63,473 nt of DNA, filler included, from Globobulimina sp. (GCA_003354225.1; 57 parts of 57 records of this genome joined end to end with filler, not necessarily neighbours in it); one strand, 5' to 3'; numbered from the whole stretch's first letter, positions 11,281 through 24,318 are shown. The notes: generated from the sequence alone by a model not told the origin. Translations and numbers: made by a program.

Positions 11281-12176
11281 CAGTTTCAAACTGAAAAAAA
11301 AAAAATCACAATCCATCATAGGTCATATTTCAGTTTGAAACTGCCGCATAAAATAATATTCCAGTTTGAAACCGAAAAAAATAAAATAAAAAAAAAGGTC
11401 ATTTGCAACATTTGAAGCCCAAACACCATTTCTCGATGGCCTCATTACCAAAAAGCGTGATTGGCGACGAAGCGTTTCACGCTCAGGCATACAATCAGCA
11501 GTTCTCAAATAATGTAAACAATTTCCAGTACAACGGCAATAACAACACGTATGCAGCGGACAACAATGTACAAAGTCATCGACGTCCATCCAATCCGGCG
11601 CCACCCCCAAGAAGCAAAAAAAAGCCTCGACCACGACCCAATGCGCAATATGTGCGTAACGGGCAACCTGTACACGTTGCCAATGGAAGTGAGTCGTTGG
11701 ACAATGGCAATAACCATATGTTTAAACCGGGTGCTATGCCTGATTTGGACCCATTGCCTGCGGAGCCGCTGCCTGCTAATCTGAGTGTTAATGGGGCCAA
11801 TGGCGCGGCGAAGAGAATGGTGAAGGCCTCGCCTGATATGCGACCACCGGTATTTTCGAGGCCGTTACCCAATGTGAATGTGAATGTGAATGGACACAAA
11901 GCACAGATGCTTGTGAATAACGCTCCCGTTGAGCTGGAATATGGACACAATGCCAAAGAGTGGAAATGTGCGGTTTGTACATATCAAAATACTGAGCTCT
12001 TTCTAAAATGTGCCATGTGTGGCTTGGCCAAAAAGCCGGCACTCAAAGCTGGTTTGTCATTATTTGTGTCAGTTTGAAACTGATTTTTTTTTTACAGTTT
12101 GAGACTGGAAAATGTATCACAATAAAATTTCAGTTTGAAACTGCAAAGTTGTGCGTTTTTGTTTGGTTTGAAACTG
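11281..12176. repeat. Seven copies of the 13-bp palindrome CAGTTT(G/C)AAACTG in the non-coding flanks of the exon
   Basis: Copies start at 11281, 11331, 11362, 12070, 12095, 12131 and 12164 (0-2 mismatches). None lies in the exon. Confidence 0.9.
11398..12051 (+). CDS. Internal exon of a Pro/Asn-rich protein with a RanBP2-type zinc finger
   Basis: WKCAVCTYQN...KCAMC. Bounded by AG acceptor (11397) and GT donor (12052), both phase 1. Confidence 0.7.
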
Positions 12177-13599
12177 ANNNNNNNNNNNNNNNNNNNNNNN
12201 NNNNNNNNNNNNNNNNNNNNNTTAATTAATTAANNNNNNNNNNNNNNNNNNNNNNNNNNNNNNNNNNNNNNNNNNNNAGAAGGCAGATCATTACTTATTC
12301 ATCTTTCCATTTGTACACGCTGATCTGACAATATTTGGCATGTACAAAGGAAACATCAACATAAACACATAAACACACAAACACACAAAATTGCCAAATA
12401 TTAATATTACAATACAATATACTAACTCTTAAAAAAATACGTTTAGGCGCACCTTAATTTCATTTGCACAATGCATTGCTTAAATCGCTTAGTTTTTCCT
12501 TTTTATTACCTGTCTGCTCTGGTTCTGGTGAAGTGATCATTGTGTCGGCCATCATCACCATGCATGCAGTGTTAAACATATCCGTTGGTTTAACTGCCAT
12601 TTATTCTTACTATTAAACAGTATGTCATGCTATATTCTATATTTCACGATTGACTGTTCTTTCGATTTTATCGCCGATAAAATGTTCATTGTTGCATATC
12701 GCACCACAACTTATATTCACCCCCTTTAGCTCCACCATAATAATATTCCCTTCCAACGCATCACGTGCAACGCATACATGGGATTATTCGCATCACATTC
12801 ACGTGCATCCATATCAAAATACAAATATTGTGCTTTTTTGCTATGGATTTTGCTTTCATACGTTGCCATTGTAATAAATGATATCTATATATTGTGGTCG
12901 TTTCTGGAGGATTGTTGTTTGGCGTGTCTGAATACCATTGTATACATTATTGATTTCAATGCTTCAATCTTGACAAATCTCGCGAAAATGGGTGGGATGA
13001 GTTTCAATATGATACGAGAACTGGTTTATGGCGTTGGTTTGAGATTGATTGTATGACATCTCGAAATAATTGAAGTTCCGAACATTTCCAAAACTTCACA
13101 AGTGTGAGGTACTATAAAAGTGTTTTTTGTTTCTATTTTATTTTTCTTGTATACAATAAAAAGTTTTTGCATAGGGCAAAAAACATCAGATAAAGTTACT
13201 TTTATAGGCGTTGTTGGGAATAAAGTATGTAAACTATCATATTACTTCAAGTTATCTCTCTCAGCAAACAAGTTATTTATATTGTCATATTCTNNNNNNN
13301 NNNNNNNNNNNNNNNNNNNNNNNNNNNNNNNNNNNNNTTAATTAATTAANNNNNNNNNNNNNNNNNNNNNNNNNNNNNNNNNNNNNNNNNNNNGTATATG
13401 TACAGACCAAAACATAAGAAATACCTGGTACCCTGGGCGATTTTAAGGGTATCATAGATATCGAAGTCACGAGTGACTGGAAATCCGATGGAACTGTTAT
13501 TGTTTGATTGAAATTTGTGTAGCCGACTGGGGTTGCTTTTGGCTGACTGATATATTTTAGACTTTTTGATGGCCGTGTCATAAGTGCGAATATCTCATG

Positions 13600-14190
13600 T
13601 GAGTTAAAATGTGCACTTAGATCCGAATTTCATGGTGAACACGCTGATATACTTTATTTCGCTCAAACTTTAATACTCGATGAGATATTTAACGATTTTG
13701 ATATGGGCTGCATATTTTGTCAAATGTGAAAAAATTATAGTCAGAAATAAACATATCAATGGGTTTGCGTCAGTAGTGACTGAATATTAACTTTTGTTTT
13801 TTTGAGTTAAAATGTGCACTTAGATCCGAATTTCATGGTGAACACGCTGATATACTTTATTTCGCTCAAACTTTAATACTCGGTGAGATATATAACGATT
13901 TTGACATGGGCTGCGTATTTTATAGATTGTCAAAAAATTGAAGCTAGATATAGGCAAAGGCAATGGGTTTGTGTCATAAGTGACTGAATATTAACTTTTG
14001 GTTTTTTGAGTTAAAATGTGCACTTAGATCCGAATTTCATGGTGAACACGCTGATATACTTTATTTTGCTCAAACTTTAATACTCGATGAGATATATAAC
14101 GATTTTGACCATGGGCTGCGTATTTTATAGATTGTCAAAAAATTACAGACAGATATAAACATGTCAATGATATCAAGAACAGACTGAATT
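13600..14190 (+). repeat. Tandem repeat, about 204-bp unit, 3 copies
   Basis: TGAGTTAAAATGTGCACTTAGATCCGAATTTCATGGTGAACACGCTGATATAC starts at 13600, 13803 and 14007. Confidence 0.95.
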
Positions 14191-14509
14191 CAGTGGTAGT
14201 GTTTTAAAATTCTTACTACTACTAGCCCTTGTTGATCAAAAAAGTGCCTATTCAACAGACTCGCACTATTATATTGTTGTATGTAGATATGAATTACTAC
14301 TATTCAATACTAACAAAACTGACTGACATGACAACCGTTTTACCACTTCACATTTGTACACTCGTACTGTATTCTACAGTAAATAACCAGGATGCTGGAC
14401 AAAGGAAGANNNNNNNNNNNNNNNNNNNNNNNNNNNNNNNNNNNNNNNNNNNNTTAATTAATTAANNNNNNNNNNNNNNNNNNNNNNNNNNNNNNNNNNN
14501 NNNNNNNNN

Positions 14510-15099
14510 TTATAAAATATGGCATCAAAATCTATCCACATCACGTAATTGATTCGCTTTCCGTACAGCTTATCCGTCAAAATAGAGTGGATTATAAATG
14601 GTTTTTGTGCTTTAAACATTGCATTTGCTGCCGGTATGTGTGTGTCAAAGTATTTTTGTATAGTTTGTGTGTCAAACAGTAAAGTATTGGCATCAAAATA
14701 GATGTATTTATGTTTAAGGCTATAACCGATGTGGTTCGTCAATATTAATTTCTCGTAACGTGTTAATTCGTGCTTGTTTGGGTAGTGATGGAACGATGCA
14801 ATGGCGATTGTTAATTGTTTGTGTTTGTCTGCTGGAGTGGCATTGTTATTTTTTAGTGTGCTGTTAATATCCGTGCAGTCATAAACTGTAAGTTTCTTTT
14901 TATTGTGCCATGGATGGACGATGCAATGGTTTGTAATTTGGGCCATGTTTGGTCTGAAATCATGCAGAGGATAATCCAGCACTTGATAGATTTTAAATTG
15001 ATATGAGAGCAGAGTCCAATTCCTCATCAGAATGGTAGTCATCAATACGAATAAGCATAGGCTAGGAATAATAACCCTGCATTTTAGCTGTTTATTCAT
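14510..15099 (-). CDS. Type II membrane glycosyltransferase, GT34 (MNN10/GMA12)-like, partial
   Basis: N-terminal anchor IIPSLCLFVLMTTILM, then YSLKHKY...QKPFII...YVMWIDFDAIF (DxD motif). Confidence 0.7.
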
Positions 15100-15625
15100 T
15101 GCTCGGTGGAAGTATTTATAACGGTTTGGGACAGGATGTAGTTTACACTTCTCAGCACGTATTATTACATTTTTCCGAACACTTGAAGTGAGGACATGTT
15201 CGTGGACACTGGATCTGCGTAGCATTAGCTCAAAAACAGCTTAAAGTCTACAAACTAAACCCAAAGATGTAACTCAAGTAATTTTGACTCAATTACAAAA
15301 AACATTTGTTTTCATCAAAATTATCTCAAACATGCCAACTTTTGTTGGAAGCGAGAAACTTATTATTGAGAAAGCATTGAGCTGTTAGTTATTTACTCAA
15401 ATATTTTATTATTGCAGTATTTTATTATTATTATAATATTATGATTTAAGTTGAATATCGACTCTATTTTTGTGTTTTCTATCGATATTACAGCTTAAAA
15501 TTAGTCGTCGACCAATTTTACGTTTNNNNNNNNNNNNNNNNNNNNNNNNNNNNNNNNNNNNNNNNNNNNTTAATTAATTAANNNNNNNNNNNNNNNNNNN
15601 NNNNNNNNNNNNNNNNNNNNNNNNN

Positions 15626-15963
15626 GCCTTTAACTCCAAATTGTTTTCCTAATGCACGATTTTGAGTGACATCTATTTTTGCCACATTCACTTTCCCTTT
15701 CAATTGTGTTGCTAATTCCTCCCATACCGGTGCTAATCTTTTGCAATGTCCGCACCATGGCGCATAGAACTAAATACATGCAATTCAATTGGAGGTATTA
15801 CACATAATTACATAATACATACTTTGACGAACCAATCGCCTGTGGTTGCTCCGGTGTTTAATTGTGTTAAATGTTCAAAATTTGATTCAGTTAATTCAAC
15901 CACATCACCATCCGAATATGCAATGGACAGAAAAATAGATAAAATAGATACAGAGGTCCACAT
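15626..15963 (-). CDS. Protein disulfide-isomerase/thioredoxin-domain protein, N-terminal part (not in ORF track)
   Basis: Signal peptide [17 protein letters not shown]. Intron 15770-15822 joins [10 protein letters not shown] to [20 protein letters not shown]. Confidence 0.92.
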
Positions 15964-16069
15964 GGTTGAAGACTAGAGCTCGAGCTAGTTTTTAGTACTT
16001 AAAAGTTTAAATGATTTATTTTTCGCTAATTGATACAATTGAAATTACAGTAATCATTTACTTATTTAT

Positions 16070-16641
16070 TTATTCATGATCAGCTTTACTTTGTGCAACA
16101 GTATTGATTTTTTCTTTGATTAATTTTTTATATATTTTTATATTTATTGATGGGAAATATTGAGCCAATTTATTTTTAACTTGTCGGTTTGTCAATGTAT
16201 TTAAATCCGCATTTTGCACAATATCTTCGATTCTTATTTCCATTTTGGACCAAACGCTTTCATCAATTTTACCCAATGCACCATTTTTATTCTCCTTATC
16301 CTTATTTTTATTCTTATTCTTTTTCTTGCTCTTTTTTTTCTTTTTCTTTTTTTTGCGTAATTTTCTCGTTTCAGTCTCTTCCTCATTTCCCAATATATCG
16401 TAATCATTGTCACCTTCCTCCTGTTGACCAAATTGATCCATATGATGCTGACGCGGATGCTGCGAATCCTCTTCTTTTAACCTCCTCACTCTTTTAATCG
16501 GTGGCTGGTTATCATTTTCATTCTCATTATTCTCCTCATCCAGCATCAATTTCCTTTTCCCGTTGATTTGAGGTCGCGGTTCAATCCAATTAATCTGCTT
16601 CGATTTTAACTTTGCCTGCGCTGCTTTCAATTTATTTTCTT
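16070..16641 (-). CDS. Charged nuclear protein with C-terminal DEK-C-like domain (3' part)
   Basis: Poly-Lys tract, then IEDIVQNADLNTLTNRQVKNKLAQYF...KKLIKEKI. Confidence 0.65.
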
Positions 16642-16956
16642 NNNNNNNNNNNNNNNNNNNNNNNNNNNNNNNNNNNNNNNNNNNNTTAATTAATTAANNN
16701 NNNNNNNNNNNNNNNNNNNNNNNNNNNNNNNNNNNNNNNNNTAAGATTAAAGTAATTGCACCGGATATTAAGTTCTTTCTTGATTTGAATGATTTGTATG
16801 TTGCGTTTGTGTTTATGATAACAACCAATCCAATATTTGTTTTATGTTTTCTTTTTTTGATTGGTGTGTTTCTTTTTTATATGTACCTATGACGAAATGT
16901 GTTTCGTTGTAGATACAAAACGGTTATTAGGTACGGGTGGTGCCACTTATTTATTT

Positions 16957-17451
16957 TTAATTTGAGCACAAGACTTGGCTCGTCAATAGAAAAAAAAAAA
17001 AATATTCACATTCAAGCGAACATGCAACTTCATCTTTTGAATCGGGATGAAAATAATAATCCCCATCCATTTTATCATCGATTGATCTGACTTGAATTTG
17101 TTTTTTTAGCTTCCAAAATCCAATGATTTTACATTCAATCCAGCGGCTCATATTTGTAATACCATATTGTTTTGATGGCAAATACGCCATATTTACAAAA
17201 ACATGCTCATCAATTTCTAAATTTTGCATACAAACTTTTGATATTTGATCAGTCCGCGATGAAATACAACCATTTATCATTAATCTCTGATCATCCAAAG
17301 ATACAAATTCCTGCTCCAATTTGTCTTTATTATCATTGTAATTATAGTTGTAACTCACACAGACTTCAATATTATTATCAGCGTCAATGTCGGTTATTTT
17401 TGCGTTGACAATCTCGCCCGTACAACAACGTACATCTATGTAATCCGCCAA
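16957..17451 (-). CDS. Hypothetical protein with Tudor/MBT-like beta-barrel repeats
   Basis: Long ORF with DYIDVR...AKITDID and WIECKII...QIQV...YYFHPD. Family assignment is tentative. Confidence 0.4.
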   Translation of the reverse strand: MADYIDVRCCTGEIVNAKITDIDADNNIEVCVSYNYNYNDNKDKLEQEFVSLDDQRLMINGCISSRTDQISKVCMQNLEIDEHVFVNMAYLPSKQYGITNMSRWIECKIIGFWKLKKQIQVRSIDDKMDGDYYFHPDSKDEVACSLECEYFFFFLLTSQVLCSN

Positions 17452-17857
17452 TGCTAATTGGATACACTCGTCATACGACAGTATTAATTCTTCAATTTTA
17501 AATCCTGGCTTATCTCTTCGCGTTTTTATTGACCAAATATTTAATAACTGCGAGTTACTTATTATGGCGCATTTATTTACATTTTATAGTTCCGAAAATA
17601 GTGCATACTGTTTCTAAGGTTTGCGTGTATATATTATTAATAAGCTCAATATTTTGCGAATTACAAACAAATCATAGAAACGCTATGCAATATTCTGTAT
17701 TATCGGGACTCGGCATACCTTAATATTCTCCAGTTATTTGGAAAATCTATATTTTGANNNNNNNNNNNNNNNNNNNNNNNNNNNNNNNNNNNNNNNNNNN
17801 NTTAATTAATTAANNNNNNNNNNNNNNNNNNNNNNNNNNNNNNNNNNNNNNNNNNNN

Positions 17858-18060
17858 TCCATAAAACGAATTCCTTTGAGATTCTTCAACAATTCATCCA
17901 AATCATTTTTGTCTTCAATATATTTAAAATCATTCACTGATTCAACACCTAATTCTTTTAACGAGTTCACATATTGCTTTGCAAACTCTTCTTTAATTTT
18001 AAATTGTTTTAACCAGGCCTCCAAATCGGGTGAACCTTCAGTCACTTTAATTTGTGACAT
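17858..18060 (-). CDS. SAM-like domain protein, N-terminal part
   Basis: LEAWLKQFKI...QYVNSLKELGVESVNDFKYI...DLDEL fits the SAM-domain pattern. Confidence 0.6.
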
Positions 18061-18187
18061 AATGGACTAAAGAGAAGAAGTTTTTTTTTGATTGAAAAAA
18101 CTCAAAGTACCAACATCAAAAAGAGCGGAAGCAAATCAACTTAAAATTGTATTACAAGATCACAAAAGTGGCAATGTCCATAATTAA

Positions 18188-18873
18188 TTATTTTATAAAT
18201 TCATTTGTTTGTTTATTATTTACAGTTTGTGTCACAGCAATAGCTTGTGTCATTTGTATCTGATCATTTCGATGCGCATCGCGTTCAATCCCAGCATAAA
18301 TAAATGTTAATTCTCCTAAAATTGCAGGAGTTAACAATATCCCATGAGATACAGCAATAGTTATAATCCCAGCAAACATATAAAAGAATATTCTAAAGGC
18401 CGCAGATTTGCTAAATATTAACGCTAAACAGCCTAAAAAAGTGGTAAACGCGCCTTTGATGACCGATGTACCCATTTCAAAGAATGCGATTTCAATTTTC
18501 TCATCGAATGTATTCCCATTCGCGTCCGCAATGGCATGCGTTATATGGATGACATAGTCCACAGTCAAACCCACCGCCATCACACACTGTGTATATGATA
18601 CCGTATCCAATGATACATTCAATAGCCACATCCATCCAAATAAATTGACATCAATCATGGTTACAATGACAATAATAAATATACTCATTCTTAAATCTAA
18701 CAACAACAACAATACGCAGAATATACCGATTCCTATATATTGTTTTTACAAATAACATTGCATAGAGACTAGAGAGGTCTGTGCAATCTGTAACGTATTA
18801 CCTGCAAATATCATATTTTCAATGGTGAGGCGAACAATGGAATACGATAAAAAAGCATAGCAATACGTGTCAG
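18188..18873 (-). CDS. Patched/NPC1-family (RND/SSD) membrane protein, C-terminal part
   Basis: MAVGLTVDYVIHITHA...MGTSVIKGAFTTFLG...FRIFF.MF...HGILLTPAIL. Intron 18733-18801 restores frame. Confidence 0.88.
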
Positions 18874-18973
18874 NNNNNNNNNNNNNNNNNNNNNNNNNNN
18901 NNNNNNNNNNNNNNNNNTTAATTAATTAANNNNNNNNNNNNNNNNNNNNNNNNNNNNNNNNNNNNNNNNNNNN

Positions 18974-19989
18974 CAATTTAAATTGGCAGTCAATGACCAA
19001 AATCGATTACTTTCAATATTCCCAGGATCATACGCCATATCAAATGTAGGACTACCATCGTTTGCATGGCAATCTTCATTCTCATATGCATATCAATGGA
19101 CAGCATTCCCTGTAGCAACTTCCTCATTGCGAACAATATAAAAACCACTTCCATCCTCCTGCAAACAATTCCAAATCACAGGATCCGGTGGGCCATCACT
19201 GCAACGATTTGTAATAACTCTTTGTTCATCATATACACCTTCAGGAGTTACACCAAAATATCCATCATAAGCTCCAACACAACTTCTTATTCGTGACGCA
19301 TCAACGCCCGTATTCTCATATCGTAAACAATCAAACGTAAAATTAATAATTTGATATAATTTATAACCACCACCCATTTGATATATTCCCTTTATGAACC
19401 CATCAAAACCATAATTCCCCGCTAATGACACCAACTGAGCGCCTTGGCTGAAACCAGCCAATACAACACCTTTATTACAGTCAATCCGCGCAGTATGTTC
19501 ATTTGTATTTGGGTTACATAATACACTTATTTTATATTTCCGATCTGATTTTAGTGCAAAAAAAAAAGACAAAACAATATACCTCAATGCACTGAATTGA
19601 TTACTTTGGTCCCATAGTCTTCTCGCTTTACCATTCCACTGCGTGCTAGAATCGCTGTTATCAGCACCGCAACTTAGAGGAAATGCACCGCGTAGTTCAT
19701 AGTCAATTGAGACCGCTGCGAAGTTGTTGTTTGCCATATAAGTACAATATATTATATCATCATTTGTCCAGTGATTCATTGATGTTCCTGTGACCCAAAT
19801 AAATAATGGATACGTGTCTGTTCCGGATGGAATTAAACCAGTTATCGTTCCTGTTGCATATGACGTGTCAAATATTATATTATTACCATATGCATCTTTT
19901 CTTCTTGATGACCTGAAAAGTCTACTAGTTGAATTCCATGAATCAGCAATTGATTCTGATAAGACAATAAAAAGAAGAGCAACAACAAA
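18974..19989 (-). CDS. Secreted alpha/beta hydrolase with one in-frame TGA (19093-19095)
   Basis: Signal-like VVALLFIVLSESIA, nucleophile elbow GFSQG, probable 57-bp intron 19526-19582. The frame continues after H-TGA as YAYENEDCHANDG...FWSLTANLNW to the contig end. Confidence 0.75.
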
Positions 19990-20603
19990 NNNNNNNNNNN
20001 NNNNNNNNNNNNNNNNNNNNNNNNNNNNNNNNNTTAATTAATTAANNNNNNNNNNNNNNNNNNNNNNNNNNNNNNNNNNNNNNNNNNNNGTGAAATGGGT
20101 TTGGGGCCAATCTGATGATGAAAAGGAACCGGATAACATCCAAGAGATAGAAGAGACCGAGAGTGCAGAAAAAAAAGAGGAGGAGACTGACAGCGAAGAA
20201 AACGTAGAAAATGACGCAGAATTGTTTGAATATGGAGCACGTGCACAGTGTAGGTAGTTATGTTAAATTTTATACAATGAATAGGAATATAAATATAAAC
20301 AGCGGGATCGAGTGCATCCTCATTTGATTTGGCGTCGTCGCAATACGGCTCCCATTGTATGTCACGCGAATATGGAAATAACAACAATGACAGTTCCACA
20401 AATGTCAACACGGAACAAACCGACATTACAAATGCATTCAATACGGATAACGTAGATTCAAATAATAACAATTCATTCAACAACGTCAACGTGTATGGTG
20501 ATATTAATTTGGTAATTAATGATCCGCAGACAGCAGCATCGGTGATCAATTCCATCCTATCTATGGCAGGAGTTTGCCCTCCAAACCATCCACAAAGTTA
20601 TAA

Positions 20604-20743
20604 TTACATATTTCATATTACATATTTTACATATTACATATTACATATTACATATTTCATATTACATATTACATATTTCTTATTACATATATTTCATATT
20701 ACATATATTGCATATTTCATATTTCATATTTCATATTGTATAT
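20604..20743 (+). repeat. CATATT(A/T) heptamer microsatellite filling a 158-bp intron (20597-20754)
   Basis: Repeat is visible directly. Splicing joins PPNHPQ to NGDEKKKK in frame. Confidence 0.85.
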
Positions 20744-21205
20744 TATTGAATTAGATGGAGATGAAAAGAAGAAAAAGAAGAAAAACAAGACTTCTGTGGA
20801 AAAAGAAGAAAAGGAAAAAAGAAATATGAACAATTATACTACAAATATTAATTTGATAATTGACGGCAATGATCAACAGACCGTATTATCAACATTTTAC
20901 CCACCAAACCATCCAAAAAATAGTACTTTGGCGGATACATCGATTCCGAATGCAACAGAAATGAAAAGAAAAAAAAGAAAAAGGAAACGACAAACAAATG
21001 CAAGTACTGATACATCGGATGAAGGCTCGGATGTACCATTAAAGAAAAAACGCAAAGTCTGCCAAAAAGGACATACAGAGCAACCAAACAAACCATGATT
21101 AATTTNNNNNNNNNNNNNNNNNNNNNNNNNNNNNNNNNNNNNNNNNNNNTTAATTAATTAANNNNNNNNNNNNNNNNNNNNNNNNNNNNNNNNNNNNNNN
21201 NNNNN

Positions 21206-21733
21206 GATTTGTTGAGCACTGAAGAATTTGAAGCGGCTATTATATTAAAATCTTTTATTCTAGAGAATCAGATAGCAGTTTTAAATGTTGCAGGGCCTAG
21301 GTTGAGTCATCACCCGGAGATCTATCAAGATGTGAAAATAGTTTTTGAGGCTGTTTTGTACCTGCTTTATTTAGATGCAAAACAGGATACAGTCATTGAA
21401 GCATATGTGCCATCAGAAACAATAAAAGAGGATTTCCCAGAATCCGTTTTTGAGGCTTTGAGCACTTTGTGTCAGGATCTTTCATTGAAAACAAAAGCGT
21501 TTATTGCAAAATCAGACAATTCAGATATCCGGATGCTGTATTTTGGGATGCTTGATTATGTAAGGCACCGTGTGGGGTTTGATTCTGAAAATAAAATATT
21601 GCATCAAGTTTGTTGTAATGAAGTTGGTGAATTGCAGGATTCTAATTGCACCATTGAAGATGCGGTTATGGAAATAATAAAACAATTGAAAGCAAATCTA
21701 GAAAAAGACTATCTTTTAAGGGTTGTCAAATGA
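21206..21733 (+). CDS. Putative molybdenum-carrier/YpsA-like SLOG protein with C-terminal extension (bacterial, partial)
   Basis: IAVLNVAGPRLS...IY motif. ATGA overlap with the rhomboid gene. Confidence 0.75.
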   Translation, partial: DLLSTEEFEAAIILKSFILENQIAVLNVAGPRLSHHPEIYQDVKIVFEAVLYLLYLDAKQDTVIEAYVPSETIKEDFPESVFEALSTLCQDLSLKTKAFIAKSDNSDIRMLYFGMLDYVRHRVGFDSENKILHQVCCNEVGELQDSNCTIEDAVMEIIKQLKANLEKDYLLRVVK

Positions 21734-22221
21734 TTCCAATACGGGATACTCAACCCTCTAATTGTCTTCCTGTAGTGACTTACTTTCTAATAAGTATCAA
21801 TCTTTTTGTTTTTATTTTTCAGATGCAAATTGGATTTGATAACGATCCTTTTTTTTACATCTATGGGCTGGTTCCAGCAAAATATACGAATCCGGAAGTA
21901 TCGATTCATTTTACTTTTTTAAATCAGATATTGTCTGCTTTTACCTATATGTTTTTACATGGTGGGTTCCTTCATTTTGTTGGCAATATGTGGTCCCTAT
22001 ATATATTTGGTGATAATGTTGAAGAACATTTCGGATCAATCCGCTTCCTTGGGTTTTATATACTTACCGGCCTTATATCCGGCATGTTTCACTTTTTTTT
22101 TAAATCCTACATCAATGGTTCCGACCATTGGCGCCAGTGGGGCCATTGCCGGAGTTATGGGGGCATATTTTTTATTATTTCCTAAATCTAAAATTTTAAC
22201 GGTTATCCCAATTATAATTAT
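21730..22221 (+). CDS. Rhomboid family intramembrane serine protease with a +1 frameshift in a T9 run (22093-22101)
   Basis: MIPIRD...MFLHGGFLHFVGNMWSLYIFGDNVE, then in the shifted frame PTIGASGAIAGVMGAY. Confidence 0.9.
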
Positions 22222-22321
22222 NNNNNNNNNNNNNNNNNNNNNNNNNNNNNNNNNNNNNNNNNNNNTTAATTAATTAANNNNNNNNNNNNNNNNNNNNNNN
22301 NNNNNNNNNNNNNNNNNNNNN

Positions 22322-23337
22322 TTAAAACCAGCTTTAATTATTGCAAAACATTCATTACATTTAAGTCCCCATAATTCGACCAGCAGTCAGCAGCAGAGTT
22401 ATAAAAAAAATAAGAAAGCTAAAAAAAAGAGAAAAGAAAATAATAATTTTTCTATACAAGTACAAGGCCCATCAAGTTATAACAAAGATGATAGTATAAA
22501 AATGCTTGAATTAATTGATCACCGATCGAATACGGATATTGATATATCAGTCAGTGTTGCTACAGATAGCGAAGAGAGTACGGACAGTCAAGATTTATCA
22601 ATTGAACCATCTCCGAATAACAGACACCATTCCAGTCATTCAGCAAATACTGTTAACATTGTAATTACATCTGATCATGACACAAATGTAAGACCGCAAA
22701 TGAGCAATGATGACAGCATCGTCGCTGAACCTGGTTCTTTGCAGCCATCACCACGAAATTCTATTATATACAGTTTAAACAGTTTGGAAGATCAATATAT
22801 TAAACCAACATTAGAAGCAATGGATTCGTACAATGATACAGAAAAAGAATTAAATGATATTATGATGAATATTATGGTTGAACAAGCGGACAACTTTGCA
22901 GTTACTCCAACAGCAAAAACATTACCACCAATTGCTGAAGATGATGATGCAAAGAAAGATAATGTACATCAACACCGACATGAACCTGAACAAGAAGAAG
23001 CCGAAGAAGATACTTTAGAATTTGGCATAGAAACACCAACAATTTCAACACCTGGAAGTCCCATCGTGGCCAGGATAAGACATGATATTTCCAATAATGA
23101 TTTGATGAGTGATATACCATCGAGTTTACCACCAATTTTTGAAAGTAATTTAGATTTAAATATTGATATTGATAAAGATAATGACAATTATGCAACGCCA
23201 GTTGCTGATGCTGAAGAAGATGAGTTAGAAATTTATCAATCTGTTGATATGAATATGAATAATATTAATGACATATTCGATGTAAATCATAATTCAGCTT
23301 TATCCTCATTTAAAAATCCGGAAACACCGCTTATGTT
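22322..23337 (+). CDS. Acidic low-complexity, probably disordered eukaryotic protein (internal fragment)
   Basis: Long open frame rich in D/E/S/N with no recognisable domain. Confidence 0.6.
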
Positions 23338-23437
23338 NNNNNNNNNNNNNNNNNNNNNNNNNNNNNNNNNNNNNNNNNNNNTTAATTAATTAANNNNNNN
23401 NNNNNNNNNNNNNNNNNNNNNNNNNNNNNNNNNNNNN

Positions 23438-24318
23438 TAATTGGAACTGCGTGGACCCATCTTCTGTTTTTGCACAAATTGATGCGTTTATACAAAGATG
23501 CCGCGATTTGTTGACGGTTTGCAAAGGGCAGTTACAATTTTGTCGGAATAAGAATGATAACATATTGACTTCGTTTGGCGGAGCAAAGGGAAATTTAATT
23601 ATAAAATCGTTGTTTGAAATCGAGGATGGCTTTTTGAAACATATTGAAAAATTAAAGAATTTGAATTATAACATATTGGACGTGAACACTACCAAATGGC
23701 ACGAAGATTATACGTATTTTAAGAATGGCGTGAAAGATTTGGAGGTGATGATGAGTAATATTATAAATAATGCATTTGATGGCATCTCCACCATTGAAGA
23801 TGGCATCAATTTGTTGGCTTCGTTTATTGAATTATCCAAAACGGAATCCATGAAACAAAATATTGAACGGAAACTGTCAGAGTTATATCAATTATGCATC
23901 GAATCTGCACTATTAATCAAGAAAGACTTTGATAAGTATCACCACCATACATCGGCCTTGATAATAAATGAGAATTTACCCAAATATGGCGGTGCAGCAT
24001 TATGGGTCTTAGGATTAAGGCAACGGCTATTAAAACAAATAAATTATTTAAAATATTCGGTATTGTTGCCAGCTACAAAGGAAAAACAGGAAGCAATCTC
24101 GCTATCTGCACAAGTGTATGATGTGTTAAATGTGTATTTGAAGCAGAAACATATTGAGTTTGATGCGAAGATTAATAAAATGGATGTTGATCAAGAATTA
24201 GATTCCAGACTAAATAAACCATTGTTATCTCCATCAGCCATCGATTCGCAGTTAATTAAAAAAGATGGCATTTCTGGTCATTTAGTATGCAATTTTGATC
24301 AGGATTTGTTGCGGATGA
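23438..24318 (+). CDS. Axonemal dynein heavy chain N-terminal (DHC_N1) region, DNAH2-like
   Basis: SSVFAQIDAFIQRCRDLL.VC...YNILDV.TTKWHEDY..FKNGVKDLEVMMSNIIN.AF...LVCNFD. Confidence 0.85.

Noticed and set aside
12560-13060. Minus-strand spliced gene with an internal TGA
   Set aside because: I could not build a consistent exon chain or identify a family.
13600-14190. 204-bp repeat as a CRISPR array
   Set aside because: Whole units are similar with no unique spacers and no cas genes; it is satellite-like.
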